This document shows positions 22,281-34,154 of a DNA stretch of 64,000 nucleotides, piece after piece. The notes beneath the pieces are model-generated. The model was not told the origin of the DNA. It searched no databases and saw only the letters and a list, made by a program, of their open reading frames with translations. The stretch is from Rebecca billardiae RCC1528 (lineage: Eukaryota > Protista > Haptophyta). The DNA lies in assembly GCA_965240325.2 (NCBI GenBank), contig OZ251226.1, positions 744,001 through 808,000 of the forward strand. Direction: 5' to 3'. Position numbers and translations under genes: made by a program. Numbering within the stretch: position 1 is the first letter of the stretch; every line of letters begins with the position of its first letter.

Positions 22281-25200
22281 ATGAGGGCGGCGCTCGCCAT
22301 CGCAGCGCTCGCACTCGGGCCCGGCGTCGCCTCTGCGCAGGGCCGCGGCCCTCCAGCTGTGGTGCCCCCGACGACCACTGCCACGGCGAGGCAGGTTGCC
22401 CCTCGCCCGGTCTCCGGCGCGCCCAACCCAGCGGCGGCGGCTCATCCGGTTGCCCCTCGCAACGCCTTTGCCGCGCCCACCCCGACGGCGGCGGCGGCTC
22501 AAGGTGTCGGGCGCGCGCCCAACCCGACGGCGAATGCGCCCGTTGGGACGGCGGCGGTCGGCTCTGGCCCACTCGCAGGCGCGCCCACGCCTACCGCGGG
22601 GTTGCCCAACCAGGCGGCTGCGGCGGGGTTGCCCACCCAGGCAGCGTCAGCTCCCAGGCCAAAGACGATGGCGCCGCCGGTCTACGGCCCTCCCGAGGCG
22701 GACATCTCGCCCCGCATCCCGCAGTGCCAGCGCGAGTTCGAGACGTTCTGCAAGGGCATCGTGCCGGGGCGCAACCGGCTCTTCACCTGCCTCGCGCGGC
22801 AGATTTTGAAGCAGACGACCGCGCAGCTCGAGCCTGTCGCCTCGGCCGACAGCTCGCACGACGGCGTGTCGATGGACTGCGTGGGCGCGGTACACACGTA
22901 CCGCGTCGAGCTCGCCGTGCATCCGATGACGATGAACTATGCGATGAAGATGCAGTGCGCGCGGGACGCGACGCGCTACTGCGCGCCGCAGGTGAAGGCG
23001 CTCGCAAACCACAGCACTGGCGCGGCCGCTGAGCTGGACGTGAAGCACTGCCTGATCGAGCACAAGAAGAAGCTCAGCGCCGAGTGCCACAAGGCGGTGC
23101 TCTCCGTGCAGATCGCGGGGGCGAAGGACATCCGCCTCGAGCCTCGGACGAGCGAGGCGTGCAAGGACGACCTCGCCAAGCTGTGCGCAAAGGTGCGGCC
23201 GGGCGAGGGCCACCTGCGCTACTGCCTGCACCGGCAGCGCGACAAGCTGTCCGGCGAGTGCGTCGAGCGGCTGCTCGAGAGCGAGGCGCGCAAGGCGACG
23301 GACGTGCGGCTCAACCCGAAGCTGGTGGGTGCGTGCAAGGCGGAGATGGACCGGTTCTGCGAGGGGGTCACGCCGGGCGACGGCCGCGTGATCAACTGCC
23401 TCGCGCTGCACAAGGCGAGCCCCGCGATGTCGTCCGAGTGCGTGCGCGCGGTCAATGGCTTCTTGCAGATCCACGTCTCGTCCTTCAAGCTCGACCCGCG
23501 GATCGTGCGGCTGTGCCGGCACGACATCGAGCACTCGTGCACGCCGCCCGACGTCGCCTTCGACTTCGGCTTCCGCGAGTTCAAGGTCGACCTGGGCTCG
23601 CAGGACGGGCTGGTGCTGCAGTGCCTCAAGCTCAAGCAGCTCGAGCTCCGCTCGCAGCAGTGCTCGCGCGAGGTGTACAGACTGGTGCGCTCGACCGTCG
23701 ACTCGATGGCGCTGAGCGCGCCGCTGCGCAACGCGTGCGAGCGGGACGTGCAGCGGCTGTGCGACGCGGAGGAGAGCTGGCTGGACGACGAGGACGACGA
23801 GGACGAGGACGACGAGGACGACGAGGACGACGAGGACGGGGACGACGATGAGGACGTGCGCGCGGAGCCGCGGCTTGCAGCGCATCGCGACGCGCCCGCG
23901 AGCACCCGCGCGGCCGCGCGCCGCCGCGGGTTGAGCGGCCGCTCACCGGAAAGCGCATGCCCTCCGCGTCCGCGCCCGTCTGCCCTCGCCATCTGCGCGC
24001 GCGCAGGACGAGGACGACGAGGACGAGGACGACGAGGACGAGGAGGAGGGCTCCCTCTTCGAGCGCTCGCAGCACAACGCGCTCATGTGTCTGCACCACC
24101 ACCGGCGCAACGTCTCCGACTCGTGCAAGGCCGAGCTGTTCAAGCGGGAGGTGATCCGCTCGCAGGACATCGACTTCAGCCCGCAGCTCAAGGCGACGTG
24201 CGCGAGCGAGATCTCGGCGCTGTGCGAGGGCGTGCCGCACGGCGGCGCCGTGCTCGCCTGCCTGCAGCGCCACGTCGCGGACAAGAGCCCAGAAGTGAGC
24301 TCGCGCTGCAAGTACCTGGTCGTCGCGCGCACGGCCGCAGCATCGCAGGACTATCGGCTCAATCCGTTCATGCGCCAGCACTGCGCGACGGACATCTCGC
24401 GGCTGTGCGCATTCGCCAACCTGCCGCCGGACGCGGGGCACGTCACGTACCAGGGGAAGGTGGTCCACTGCCTGCGCAAGAAGTGCGCGCGCACGCGCCG
24501 AGCGCGCCGAGCGCGCCGAGCGCGCCGAGCGCGCCGAGCGCGCCGAGCGCGCCGAGCGCGCCGAGCGCGCCGAGCGCGCCGAGCGCGCCGAGCGCGCCGA
24601 GCGCGCCGAGCGCGCCGAGCGCGCCCGCGCTCAGCCGCGCACGCGCGCGCGCCGCGCGCCGCGCCGCCTCTCTCCGCGCGCGCGCCGCGTTGTCGCGCGC
24701 AGCCGCGAGCAGGTGCGCAACCCGCAGTGCCGCGAGGCGGTGACGCTGGACGCGCGGCTCGCCTCTCAGAACATCAAGGCCGACCGGCGCGCCACGCAGC
24801 TGTGCCAGCGCGACGCGCGCCAGCTGTGCCCGCGCGTGCGGCCGGGCGACGGCCGCGTGTGGGAGTGCCTGGCGCAGCACGACGCGCAGCTCAGCTCGTC
24901 CTGCCGCGCGGTGCTGCGCGAGCAGCAGATCGAGGCGTCGCGCAGCGTCGTCTTCGACGCGCCGCTGCAGTCGCAGTGCTCTGCCGAGATCGGAGCGTTT
25001 TGCGGCGACGTGCGTCCGGGGCAGGCGGCCATCTTCAGCTGCCTGCGCACGCACGTGGCCGAGAAGGCCTTCGGGCCGCGCTGCCGGCTGCTGATCGCGA
25101 GGCGGGTGGCGCGCGCGTCGGCGCACATGCGGCTGGACTACCGGCTGCAGCTCGCGTGCAAGACGGACGTGCGCGAGCACTGCCCGCCCCTCAGCGGGCG

Positions 25201-25896
25201 CACGGCCGCGCCGGGCGAGCGGGTCACCTGCCTGTTTTCCGCGCGAGATCGAATCTCGGACACGTGCCGCTCGCAGCTGGGCCAGATGTCGCAGCTGGCG
25301 CTCGCGCTGTACGGCAGCGTGCACGAGCCGGACGCGGCGATCCGCGCGTGCGACGCGGACGTGCAGGCGCTGTGCTACGGCAAGCGGCCGGGGCGGGAGC
25401 TGACCGGCTGCCTCGTCGAGCGCCTCGAGCAAGTCTCGGACAGGCGGTGCCGCGCCATCGTCGAGCTCGCCCAGGACAGCGCGCCCGCGGGGGCCGACGC
25501 GCTCGGCAGCCTGCAGGCGGCGCTGAAGGAGCTGCCCACCATGCAGAGCAAGCTCAACGACCTCTCCGGCCTCGTGCAGAACGCCTCGCCTGACAAGTAC
25601 GACCAGGTGCTCCACGCGATGGAAGCGAACCGCTCGCTGGTGAGCACGAGCCTCTTCGCAGCGCTGGTCGTGATCGTGTGCGGCCTCTGCTGGCTTGGTG
25701 CGTGCGCGGCGCGGCGCGTGCCCGCGCGCCGCGCGCAGCGAGCGACCGAGCGAGCGCCGCGACGCGTGCGCCCCGCAACTGACGCGCCTCGCGTGGCCCC
25801 GCGCCCCGCGCCCTCGCGCGCGCAGCCATCTACTGCGCGCGAGAGATGCACGCGCGCACGAAGGGGTACACCTACTTCGTCCCAAAGACCGGCTGA
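22281..25896 (+). CDS. Golgi apparatus protein 1 (GLG1/MG-160)-like cysteine-rich repeat type I membrane protein; introns 23856-24006, 24483-24702, 25698-25825
   Basis: Signal peptide, many C..D...LC..V.PG.G....CL......LS..C repeats, an acidic insert, a C-terminal TM helix and a short tail KGYTYFVPKTG*. All three introns are frame-consistent. Confidence 0.88.
24494..24624. repeat. (GCGCGCCGA)n 9-bp minisatellite inside intron 2 of the GLG1-like gene
   Basis: About 14 perfect copies. Confidence 0.95.
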
Positions 25897-26937
25897 GGCG
25901 GGCACGCCTCAGCCGTGCATGGACCTCGACACTGCGTCGAGTTTGTTGTCGTGCCGTGATCCAATCGGCGCCTCTCACTCAGCGGCACCGACCACGTGAG
26001 CGCATCTGCGCGCCGCCGCAGCCGGCCGCTGGGCCCGGCCCCTTGCCCTTGGCCCGGGCCGGAGCCCGGAGCGGACGTTCGTACAGCCTGCAACCGGCGC
26101 CGCCGCGCCAGGCCGCCAGGGCGGATCGACTAGAATCGAGCCCGAGGAGGGCTCCGTGGACGAGAGCTAGTCTACCGCGCTATAGCTATAGTAACAGTGT
26201 ATATATACGTGTAACTGCAGCTAACTAAGTGACTCATCATATCAGATATTCATCAGTCGTACACGTGTAGCTTATTACGGTACTCGGCCTGGCGGCGCAG
26301 CTTCTCGGCGTGGGCTCGGTCCGCGTCTGCTCCGCTCGAGTGCGATTGACGCCCACGAGGCCCGAGCCGTGATGTGGGCTTCGAGTCCCAACCGAATGCA
26401 GAGGCCGAGCCCCGAGGCGAAGACCGGGCCCGACCTCCAGCCGGAGCCGGCTGGCCCACCACTCGAGCGCAGCCTTGATCCAGAGCGCAGAGTGCGCAGA
26501 TGCCAGAGCGCAGAGCCTGAGGCTGGCGCAGCGGCACGCGCTGCAGCTCGTCAGGAGGCGCGATCAGCATGCACGGCACGGCGCGAGGTGGATCGAATCA
26601 CTGGGGACACTTTGCGAAAAGGGCACAACGCCCACAGCGCCCAGCGCATGGTGGTCGCCATGGCGGCCGTGCACCACGGTGGCCGTCGGCAAGCCACTCC
26701 TCGCCCGGGGCCGGCAGCCGAAGGGCGCGCGTGTGCTGCAGCTCGGAGCGCAGCCCCACAGACAGCGCCGCGGTGCGCGGCCGCGCCGGTGCCAGCGAGG
26801 ACAGCAGACGCAGTGAGCGCAGAGGCGGCAGGCACGGTGTGCATCAGACTCAGGGCGTGCAAGTAGCGTGCAAGTATGTTCAGCCGGCGAGGGCCGCTGC
26901 TCGTGGCAGCGGCGGCGGCGGCCAGGCGAGCGTGCGG

Positions 26938-28280
26938 CTAGTCTGCGGAGGAGCTCCCCGCCGCTGCGGCCTGCGCGGTCGAGGGAGCAAACACCGCGCG
27001 TGGGCAGCGAGCGCGCTGGGTGAGCGCGGGCGGGGCGCGACCGGGCGGCGAGGGCGCGCGCGGCGCAGCGGACGAGCGCGCACCTGCGGCGCCGCCTGCG
27101 TGCCGCCGGTCGGACTGCGCGGAGGGCCGCCTTTCTGCACCATCGCCGCCCACGAAAAACTCGAGCCTGGCAGGACGCGCGCGCGCAGCACGACGACACG
27201 CGACGGGGCGGCGTGGACGCGTGAGCACGCGGACGGCGGCGCGCGGCGAGTGGCGCAGCGCACGCGCGCAGAGGCGGGCGCAGCGGCGCGCGCACCTGCG
27301 CCCGCCCGTGGCTTCTGCTCCGCCGGCTGGCTGCCGCTGCCGGCGGTGGCAGAGGCCGCGTCCTGCTGCGACGCCCGGTCGCGCGCGAGGGGTGCGGGTG
27401 GTGTGAGATGCCGTGTGCCCGCATGGCCGCCTCGCGCCGCGCCCCCTGTCGGGGCGCATGGGCGCGCCGGCGCGGCACCGTCACGGCGCGGGCGCGCGCG
27501 CGCGCACCTGCGGAGCAGAGGAAGGGGGCGTTGTGCCGCCGTTGGCGGCCGACCCTGCAGCCGACGAGCCGGTCGCTGATGGCGCGGGCCCCGCCGCCGA
27601 GGAATCCGCCGAGTCCGCCGCCGTTCCCGTCGCCGCCGCCGCCGCCGCGCCCGCCGCCGGCTGCGCCACCGCCGCCTTCTTACCCGGCATTGGCATGGCA
27701 GCGGGCATGGGCATGCTGTCGGCGCCCGCCGAGGCGGGCGTGGGGGACGCCTGCGCGCCGCTCGGCGCGCTGGGCGAGACCGGCGCCGCCGAGCTCACCG
27801 CGGGCGGCAGGCTCGAGCACGGCAGCGGCAGCCCGCCGCCCGCCGAAGCCGGCTTGCGGAACGGAGAGGCGGCTGGCGGCAGCGTCTCGTCTCGTCGGCC
27901 GCCGTCGGTCGGCGCGGCCGGCGGCGCCGGCTGCGCGTCGGCACCGGCGGCGGCGGTTGGCGCGGCCTGCGCCTCGCTTGCGCTCGCGCTCGCGCCCGCC
28001 GCGCCCGCCGCGCCCGCGAGCTTGTCGTCGCCGCCGCCGGCGGCGGCGCCGGGCTTGGCGGTCGTGCTCGCCGCAGAGAGCGAGGATGAGGAGTCCGCAC
28101 CGTCCGCCTCCGCGCCCGCTGCGCCCGCGGCGTGCGAGGGGCCTGCGCCGTCGAGCTTGAGCGCTCGGGACGTGCCGCTGGGGCTCGTGCCCGCCCCGTC
28201 CGTGAGCACTGCTGCCGTCTGCAGGTACGTGGGCTGCTGCTGCGCGCCGGGGCTGGTCGGGGGCTGGGCACTCACGCTGC

Positions 28281-28357
<77 letters not shown>

Positions 28358-30213
28358 CCGCCGGCTCCCTTGAGCAGCTCGGGCGTGGTGTGCGGCTGCT
28401 TCGCGACGACGGTGCAGTCCCCGCCGCCGTGCCCGATCGACTGCAGCTCCGCCGGCCGCACGTGCAGCGAGGTCTGCAGGCTGCCGAGCACCGACAGCAT
28501 CTCCTCCTCGCCGTAGACATAGAAGCCGGCGGCCGAGCGCTTCACCTTGGATGCGGCGAGCGGGAGCGGCGGGAAGTGGCCGAGGGAGAAGGCGGCGGGC
28601 GGCGCGCCGGCGCGCGCGGGCTGGCGCGCGCCCTCCGCCTCCGCCTTGCCCGCGAGCCCGGCCTGCCGCTCGCGCAGCTCGCGCTCCTTCTCCGCCTTCT
28701 TCTTGGCTGCTTTCTGCGCCTTTTTCGAGAGCGGAGGTTCGGCGCCCGCCGCGCCGTACGCCGCCTCGACGCCGCCGGCCATGGCGCCCATCGCGCCGGC
28801 CGGCATGCCGTGCTGCAGGAGGTACTGCTGCTGCATCGCGAACGTGTGCGGGCCGTGCGCGTGGAAGTGCGCGGCCACCTGCTGCTGCGACGGCCCACCC
28901 ATCGCAGCGCTGTTCGGGCCAACGCCCGCGCCAGCGCCCGCGCCGCGCCCGCCCTTCCCGCCGCCCGCGCCGCCCGCCGCCGCCGCGCCGCCGCTGCTGC
29001 TCGCTGCCGCGCCCGCGCCGCCCGCGTACATCGCGCCGTCGCCGTACGCCATGTACCCCTCCGCACCGGCCGGATACATCCCCGAGCCGTCCGGGTACGC
29101 GCCGTACATCGGCGCGCCGCCCATCGGCCCATAGCCCCACTGCCCGCGCCCGCCGCCGCCGCCGCCGCCGCCGCCATACCCATACGGCATGCCCGTGGGC
29201 GAGAGCGCGCCGTAGTACGGCGCGCCCGCGGGCGGCATCCCGGCGTAGCCCGTTGGCGAAGGCGAGCCCGACACGGCCGCGCCGTTCGGCGCCATGCCCA
29301 TCCCGTTGGGCGCAGTGATCGGTGGCGGCACGCCAGGCGCGCCCATCGCGCCGGCCGCAGCCGCGCCCTCTCCGGGCTTGTAAAACGAGCGGAGGAGGTT
29401 CTCGGACTTGACGCGCGCCTTGACGGGCTTGCCCTTGAGCGTCTTGCCCGGCAGCGACATGTGCGCGTCCACACACTGCTCCTCGTTGTCGAACGCCACG
29501 AACCACGTGCCGTTGATGTCCGCGCGCACCGACTCGGGCGTCGGGCACGAGTCGGCCGTGAAGAGCGCGCGGATCTCCTCCTCCGTGGTCTCCGCGTCGA
29601 TCTCGCGCAGCACGAGCGTGTTGCGCGACATCTTGATGTTTGGCCTCACCATCGTGCCCGTCGCGTCGACCGTCACCTCGGACGAGCCCTCCATCGCGCG
29701 CTTGACCACGTCGGCGTCGGCGGTGAGCATCCGGATGTTGTTGAAGCCGGCGATGATGGCGATCGGGACGAACATCTGCGAGTTCATGTGCTGCACGAGG
29801 TAAGCATCGTGCACGAGATTCTCGCGCGAGAAATAGTATTCCACCTGCCTGCGGATCGCCGCGAGCAGCTCCTCGCCCTCTGCGCATCGTGCGTGCGCGC
29901 GCGCGCGTGCCCACCGCGCGGCGCGGGGATCAGCGCTCGCAAACTGGGCAGGCACGCAAGCTGGGCCGAACGCATCACCACCTTCGCGGCGCGCACGCCC
30001 GCCGCGCTCGTCAGCGCGGGCACGAGAAGCGCATCGCGCACCTAGACTGCCAGGCACCATCGCGCCCGCGCCAGCCGCTCCCGGCGCGCCGGCCGCGGAC
30101 GCATCGGTCGTCGCATGCGCGTGCATCGCCTCCTCCGCAGACGCGTTCGCCGAGACGTCGTCGGCGGCGGTCGCAGCCACCTCAGCAGTCGCCACGTCCG
30201 CCTGCGTCGACAT
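26938..30213 (-). CDS. La-related RNA-binding protein (LARP4-like: La motif + RRM); introns 29880-30041, 27363-27507, 27167-27295, 26971-27083
   Basis: IRRQVEYYFSRENLVHDAYLVQHM (La motif) and RNTLVLREI...TWFVAF...PVKARVKS (LARP4-type RRM). Long low-complexity tail with poly-Gly and a SWAAMVQK motif. Confidence 0.88.
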
Positions 30214-30656
30214 CTTTGCGCTGCTCACCGGCCGCTGCCCTGTTGTGTGTTGTGCTGTGTGAATCCAGTGGCGGGCGTGGGTCGCCTCCACCGTGCAGGA
30301 ACCACGAGGCAGCGCCTGCTTGAGAGGCCTGACCACCGGTCCCGCGAGCACGCGCCCTGCCGCAAAATTGGAGTAGTTTCAGACTGCGCGCCGCCTATGT
30401 TGACGCGTGCCCGCCGCACGCGCGCGGCTCAGCGATTGGCCAGCTTGCTCCGGTGGATAAGTGGATTGTCTACCCGCCTGCCAATCATTCTCCGAACTCA
30501 AGCGCGCCCTTGCGCCGCCGAGCGACCGCGCCGCCGCCGCAAGGGCACGCACTGGCGTTCCCACACTTTCAGAAATCATTCCGGTCGCGAAGGCCGAAGG
30601 ACGAAAGCCGAAAGGCCGCCGGTAATTATTATTTTGGTCCAGCAGGCACAGGCACG

Positions 30657-31571
30657 ATGACGACGCTCAGGACGGCCGTCCTGCTGCTCGCCGGCGCGAG
30701 CAGCAGCGCATCCTCGGCGAGGGGAGGGCGCGCGTTGGGCGCGGCCCATCTGCGCGGCACGCGCGCAGTCGCCGTGCACGCCTCGCAGCGCCCCCCAGGC
30801 GGCGTGCTCGACGGCGCCGACCCGGAGCAGGTGCGGCTGATGGAGGAGCGCGTCATCCTCGTCGACCGCGACGACCGCGTGATCGGCGACGAGTCCAAGG
30901 TGAACTCGCACCTGAACGACTTCGGCCCGATGCTCCACCGGGCATTTTCCGTGTTCCTCTTCGACGACGCGGGGCGGCTCCTCCTCCAACGACGCGCTCT
31001 CACGAAGGTCACATTCCCCGGCTACTGGACGAACACCTGCTGCTCGCACCCGCTGCATGTTCCGAGCGAGCTAGGCACGGGCGACGGCGGGCTGCTCGAC
31101 GGCGCCGTCGCCGGCGCAGCGCGCGCCGCGATCCGCAAGATGGAGCACGAGCTCGGCGTCCCTCTCGACACCTTTCAGCCGGAGGAGCTCACGTTTCTCA
31201 CGCGCATCCACTACCTCGCGCGCGCGCGCACGGACGCCGGCACGACCGGCGAGCGGCCCGAGTTCGGCGAGCACGAAATCGACTACCTGTTCTTCGTGCG
31301 CGCGCCGCCAACAGGCGTGCCCCTCGCGGCCAACCCGAATGAGGTGTGCGACACGCGCTTCGTCAGCCAGGCGGAGCTTCGCGAGATGCTGGCGGCGGCT
31401 AGATCGGGTGATCTTCAGCTCACGCCGTGGTTCGAGCTGATCGCCGAGGACCTCCTCTTCCGGTGGTGGGCCGATCTCGACGACGAGGCAGCCCTCCTGC
31501 GCCACCGGCAGGTCGAGCGCATCCGCAGGTACGGCGAGTGTGAGCAGGAAGAGGTTGGGAGAGCCGCATGA
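30657..31571 (+). CDS. idi: Isopentenyl-diphosphate delta-isomerase type 1, with signal/transit-like N-terminus
   Basis: LHRAFSVFLF, LLLQRR...KVTFP..WTNTCCSHP, RKMEHELG, GEHEIDY, LTPWF. Confidence 0.96.
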   Translation: MTTLRTAVLLLAGASSSASSARGGRALGAAHLRGTRAVAVHASQRPPGGVLDGADPEQVRLMEERVILVDRDDRVIGDESKVNSHLNDFGPMLHRAFSVFLFDDAGRLLLQRRALTKVTFPGYWTNTCCSHPLHVPSELGTGDGGLLDGAVAGAARAAIRKMEHELGVPLDTFQPEELTFLTRIHYLARARTDAGTTGERPEFGEHEIDYLFFVRAPPTGVPLAANPNEVCDTRFVSQAELREMLAAARSGDLQLTPWFELIAEDLLFRWWADLDDEAALLRHRQVERIRRYGECEQEEVGRAA

Positions 31572-31711
31572 ACCAGGATGTGAACCAGGTCGAGCGCATC
31601 CGCAGCGGGGCCCCTGCGCCACTGATGAGCTGAGTTAAGCTGGGAATTACACGATTTACACGGTGACGGTCCGTAGGCGCTCGGGCTACCGCACGTCAAA
31701 AAATCGAGACT

Positions 31712-31718
<7 letters not shown>

Positions 31719-31806
<88 letters not shown>
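31719..31806. repeat. (TA)n microsatellite
   Basis: Pure TA run. Confidence 0.98.
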
Positions 31807-31808
<2 letters not shown>

Positions 31809-32136
31809 CGTTGTGAGATAATCTGATCAACTTATTATTATTGTTTTTGCTTGTTTAATAATTGGCACACCCGCGTCTGTATTAGTGCCCGTGCAGGATT
31901 CGCGCGGCTACACATTGAGATGTGCGGCCGGCGCGCCCTGCTGCCACTATGCCAGGCCCAGTGCCGGGCCGACGGGCCCGGTCGTCGCTCGACTGCTCAG
32001 TCTGCTGCTGCGCGCGACTGCGCGAGGCGGCGATTGGTCGAGGCGGTCCGTGACTCCGTCGATCTGCCCGGGATCGGGGCCGGTTGGGCCCGCGTAGAAG
32101 TATCACTTACTGTAATCGTGTTGTAAACCACCAGAG

Positions 32137-32859
32137 TCACTCATCAGCCTGCAGTTGGGCCAGTAACTTCGACATGCCATCATTGCGCACGTTGCCTACG
32201 TAGAAGTCTGAGGGCTCGTCGATTGGGACGATTCGCTCACCTGAATGATCCAGCTCGTAGTATTGGCAACGCCGAGCAAAGGAGTAAGGCGGAGCGATCA
32301 CGTCGAGCACAGCGCAGTCAGTGCATGCCAGCAGCTCGTGCACGTTGCCTCGCTCGGGTGTGAGGAATCGCACATCGCTCGGGTCGGTGAGCACACTTGA
32401 GCCCGCGAGCTTGACGCGGCTCCCCACGGACTGCGTATCGACTGGATCGTCGAGCACGTCATAGCTGCGCACAGCCAGGGTACCGTAGAGCAACTTTGAC
32501 ACGACATTCATGTGGATGTGGTCGTGCAGTGGGATGGCTGAGTTTCGCGGCAGGAAGAAGATGCCGATGGTCAGCGCGTTGGTATCCTCAACCGAGAGGT
32601 ATCCCAGGCCGGGTCGCGGCCTCCGCGCAGATGAAACCTCCTCTGGCGTCGAAGCTGGCTGCATCGCGTCTGCAGGGACCTCGAGCGGCAGGTCAGAGAC
32701 GTCGAGCTGTACGAGTGCGCGCACAACAGGCTCCATGTCAGGCGCGCCAGGCTTCGCAGCTGAGACACTGTTGCTCGCAGCACGGATGACCTCCTTGAGC
32801 GGATGCACGCGCGGCGCGAAGGTGGACAAAAGGACGCTCCACGCTGCCCCCATCCTCAT
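32137..32859 (-). CDS. Plant cysteine oxidase / cysteamine dioxygenase (PCO_ADO) thiol dioxygenase
   Basis: IGIFFLP....IPLHDH..M.V.SKLLYG...V.SYD, GNVHE, AVLDVIAPPY, R.C.YY. Confidence 0.92.
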   Translation of the reverse strand: MRMGAAWSVLLSTFAPRVHPLKEVIRAASNSVSAAKPGAPDMEPVVRALVQLDVSDLPLEVPADAMQPASTPEEVSSARRPRPGLGYLSVEDTNALTIGIFFLPRNSAIPLHDHIHMNVVSKLLYGTLAVRSYDVLDDPVDTQSVGSRVKLAGSSVLTDPSDVRFLTPERGNVHELLACTDCAVLDVIAPPYSFARRCQYYELDHSGERIVPIDEPSDFYVGNVRNDGMSKLLAQLQADE

Positions 32860-33011
32860 CGCGTGCCGAGCGCACGCTCGGCGTCGACGCGATCCTTGCG
32901 TTGACCGCGACCGGCCGTCGCTGCCCTCGCCCCTGGTTGCGGCGCCTTGGCGTGTCTCTCGTCTGTGGCCGAATATTATGATTCAGCGCGCAGTGCTCCG
33001 GAAATCGTTTT

Positions 33012-33208
33012 CCGCGACAACCGCGGTGGCGCGCGCGCGTCGACGCCAGACGGCGCGTCGGGCTTCCGCTCGGCGATGGAATGATGGGCGACTACGAGGG
33101 GGGCACGACGGCGAGGAGCGCTGATCCTGGTGTTTGTCCCTGCTGCTCGATCTGCTGCTACAGCTAGCTGACTCTGACGCCTCGGCCCGTTGCATGCCAC
33201 GTCGTTAA
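33012..33208 (+). mobile_element. 5'-truncated copy of the LINE 3' end
   Basis: Near-identical to the reverse complement of ~6051-6251 and ends CCACGTCGTTAA. Confidence 0.8.
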
Positions 33209-34154
33209 TTAAGCGCGCGCGAAATGCCAAATGGCGGGAAAATAGCGTGCTGCATTTTCTGGGCACCATTTTCTGCTGCGGGGTACAGGACGATCGTGAC
33301 TCTGAGCTTGATGCAGTTTCACAGCGTCAGGACTCCATCGATCGCGGGATCGGGACTGTCGCTGCGGCTGATAAGCCGCCAGTATTACTCCTATTATTTA
33401 AGTCTCAGTATCTGTATCAGTATTGCAGTACTATGCCATCGTCAATATGTTGCCGGTTATAATCGACGCGACGGACACTCCACTCTCCAGTCGTTTCGGT
33501 AATGGTAAGTAGACCGTAGTTATAAACACGAACGACGAAGGCGAAGCTCGTCACGACTCATGCATCGTCGTCACTCGAATGCGAAGGCGACGAGATGCAG
33601 TGATCAGTCCGGCCGAGCCGTCGACCTGAAGGTCCGCATCATAGGCACTCCGACTCAGTCTCAGGATCTCAGATTTGCCCCCCCCCCCAGTCCCCACTCA
33701 CTCAGTCGTAACAGACAGTATGAGTAGGCCACGGACCGTTGCCTGACGCCGCCGGCGCCCTGGCGTACGGGCGGGCTGGGACCCGGCCTCCGGGGCCGCC
33801 GTCGTGGACCGCGTCAGCCGTCAAAGGCGGCGGCGAAGGCGTCAATTTATTGATGATGCGTATAGTATCTTATAGCAGTCGCGTATGTTATTATGTACTT
33901 TATACTTACATATTTATTTCATATATATATATGATAGCAGCGCAGTATTCATTCGGCGCATCGGCATGCACGGCCGGCGGCGGCAGCCGCGCAGGGCCAG
34001 GAGCGCAAGCAGACAGTCAGACACTTTCGTCACTTAATTGCTGCTGCGTGTTCCTTAGTGAGCAGGTGAGAACCAACGGCAGACCGTGGCTTGGCCATGG
34101 CTCGTCCTCGCCCAAGGTGCACGATCACGGAGTCACTCAGACCGATCATCGGAT

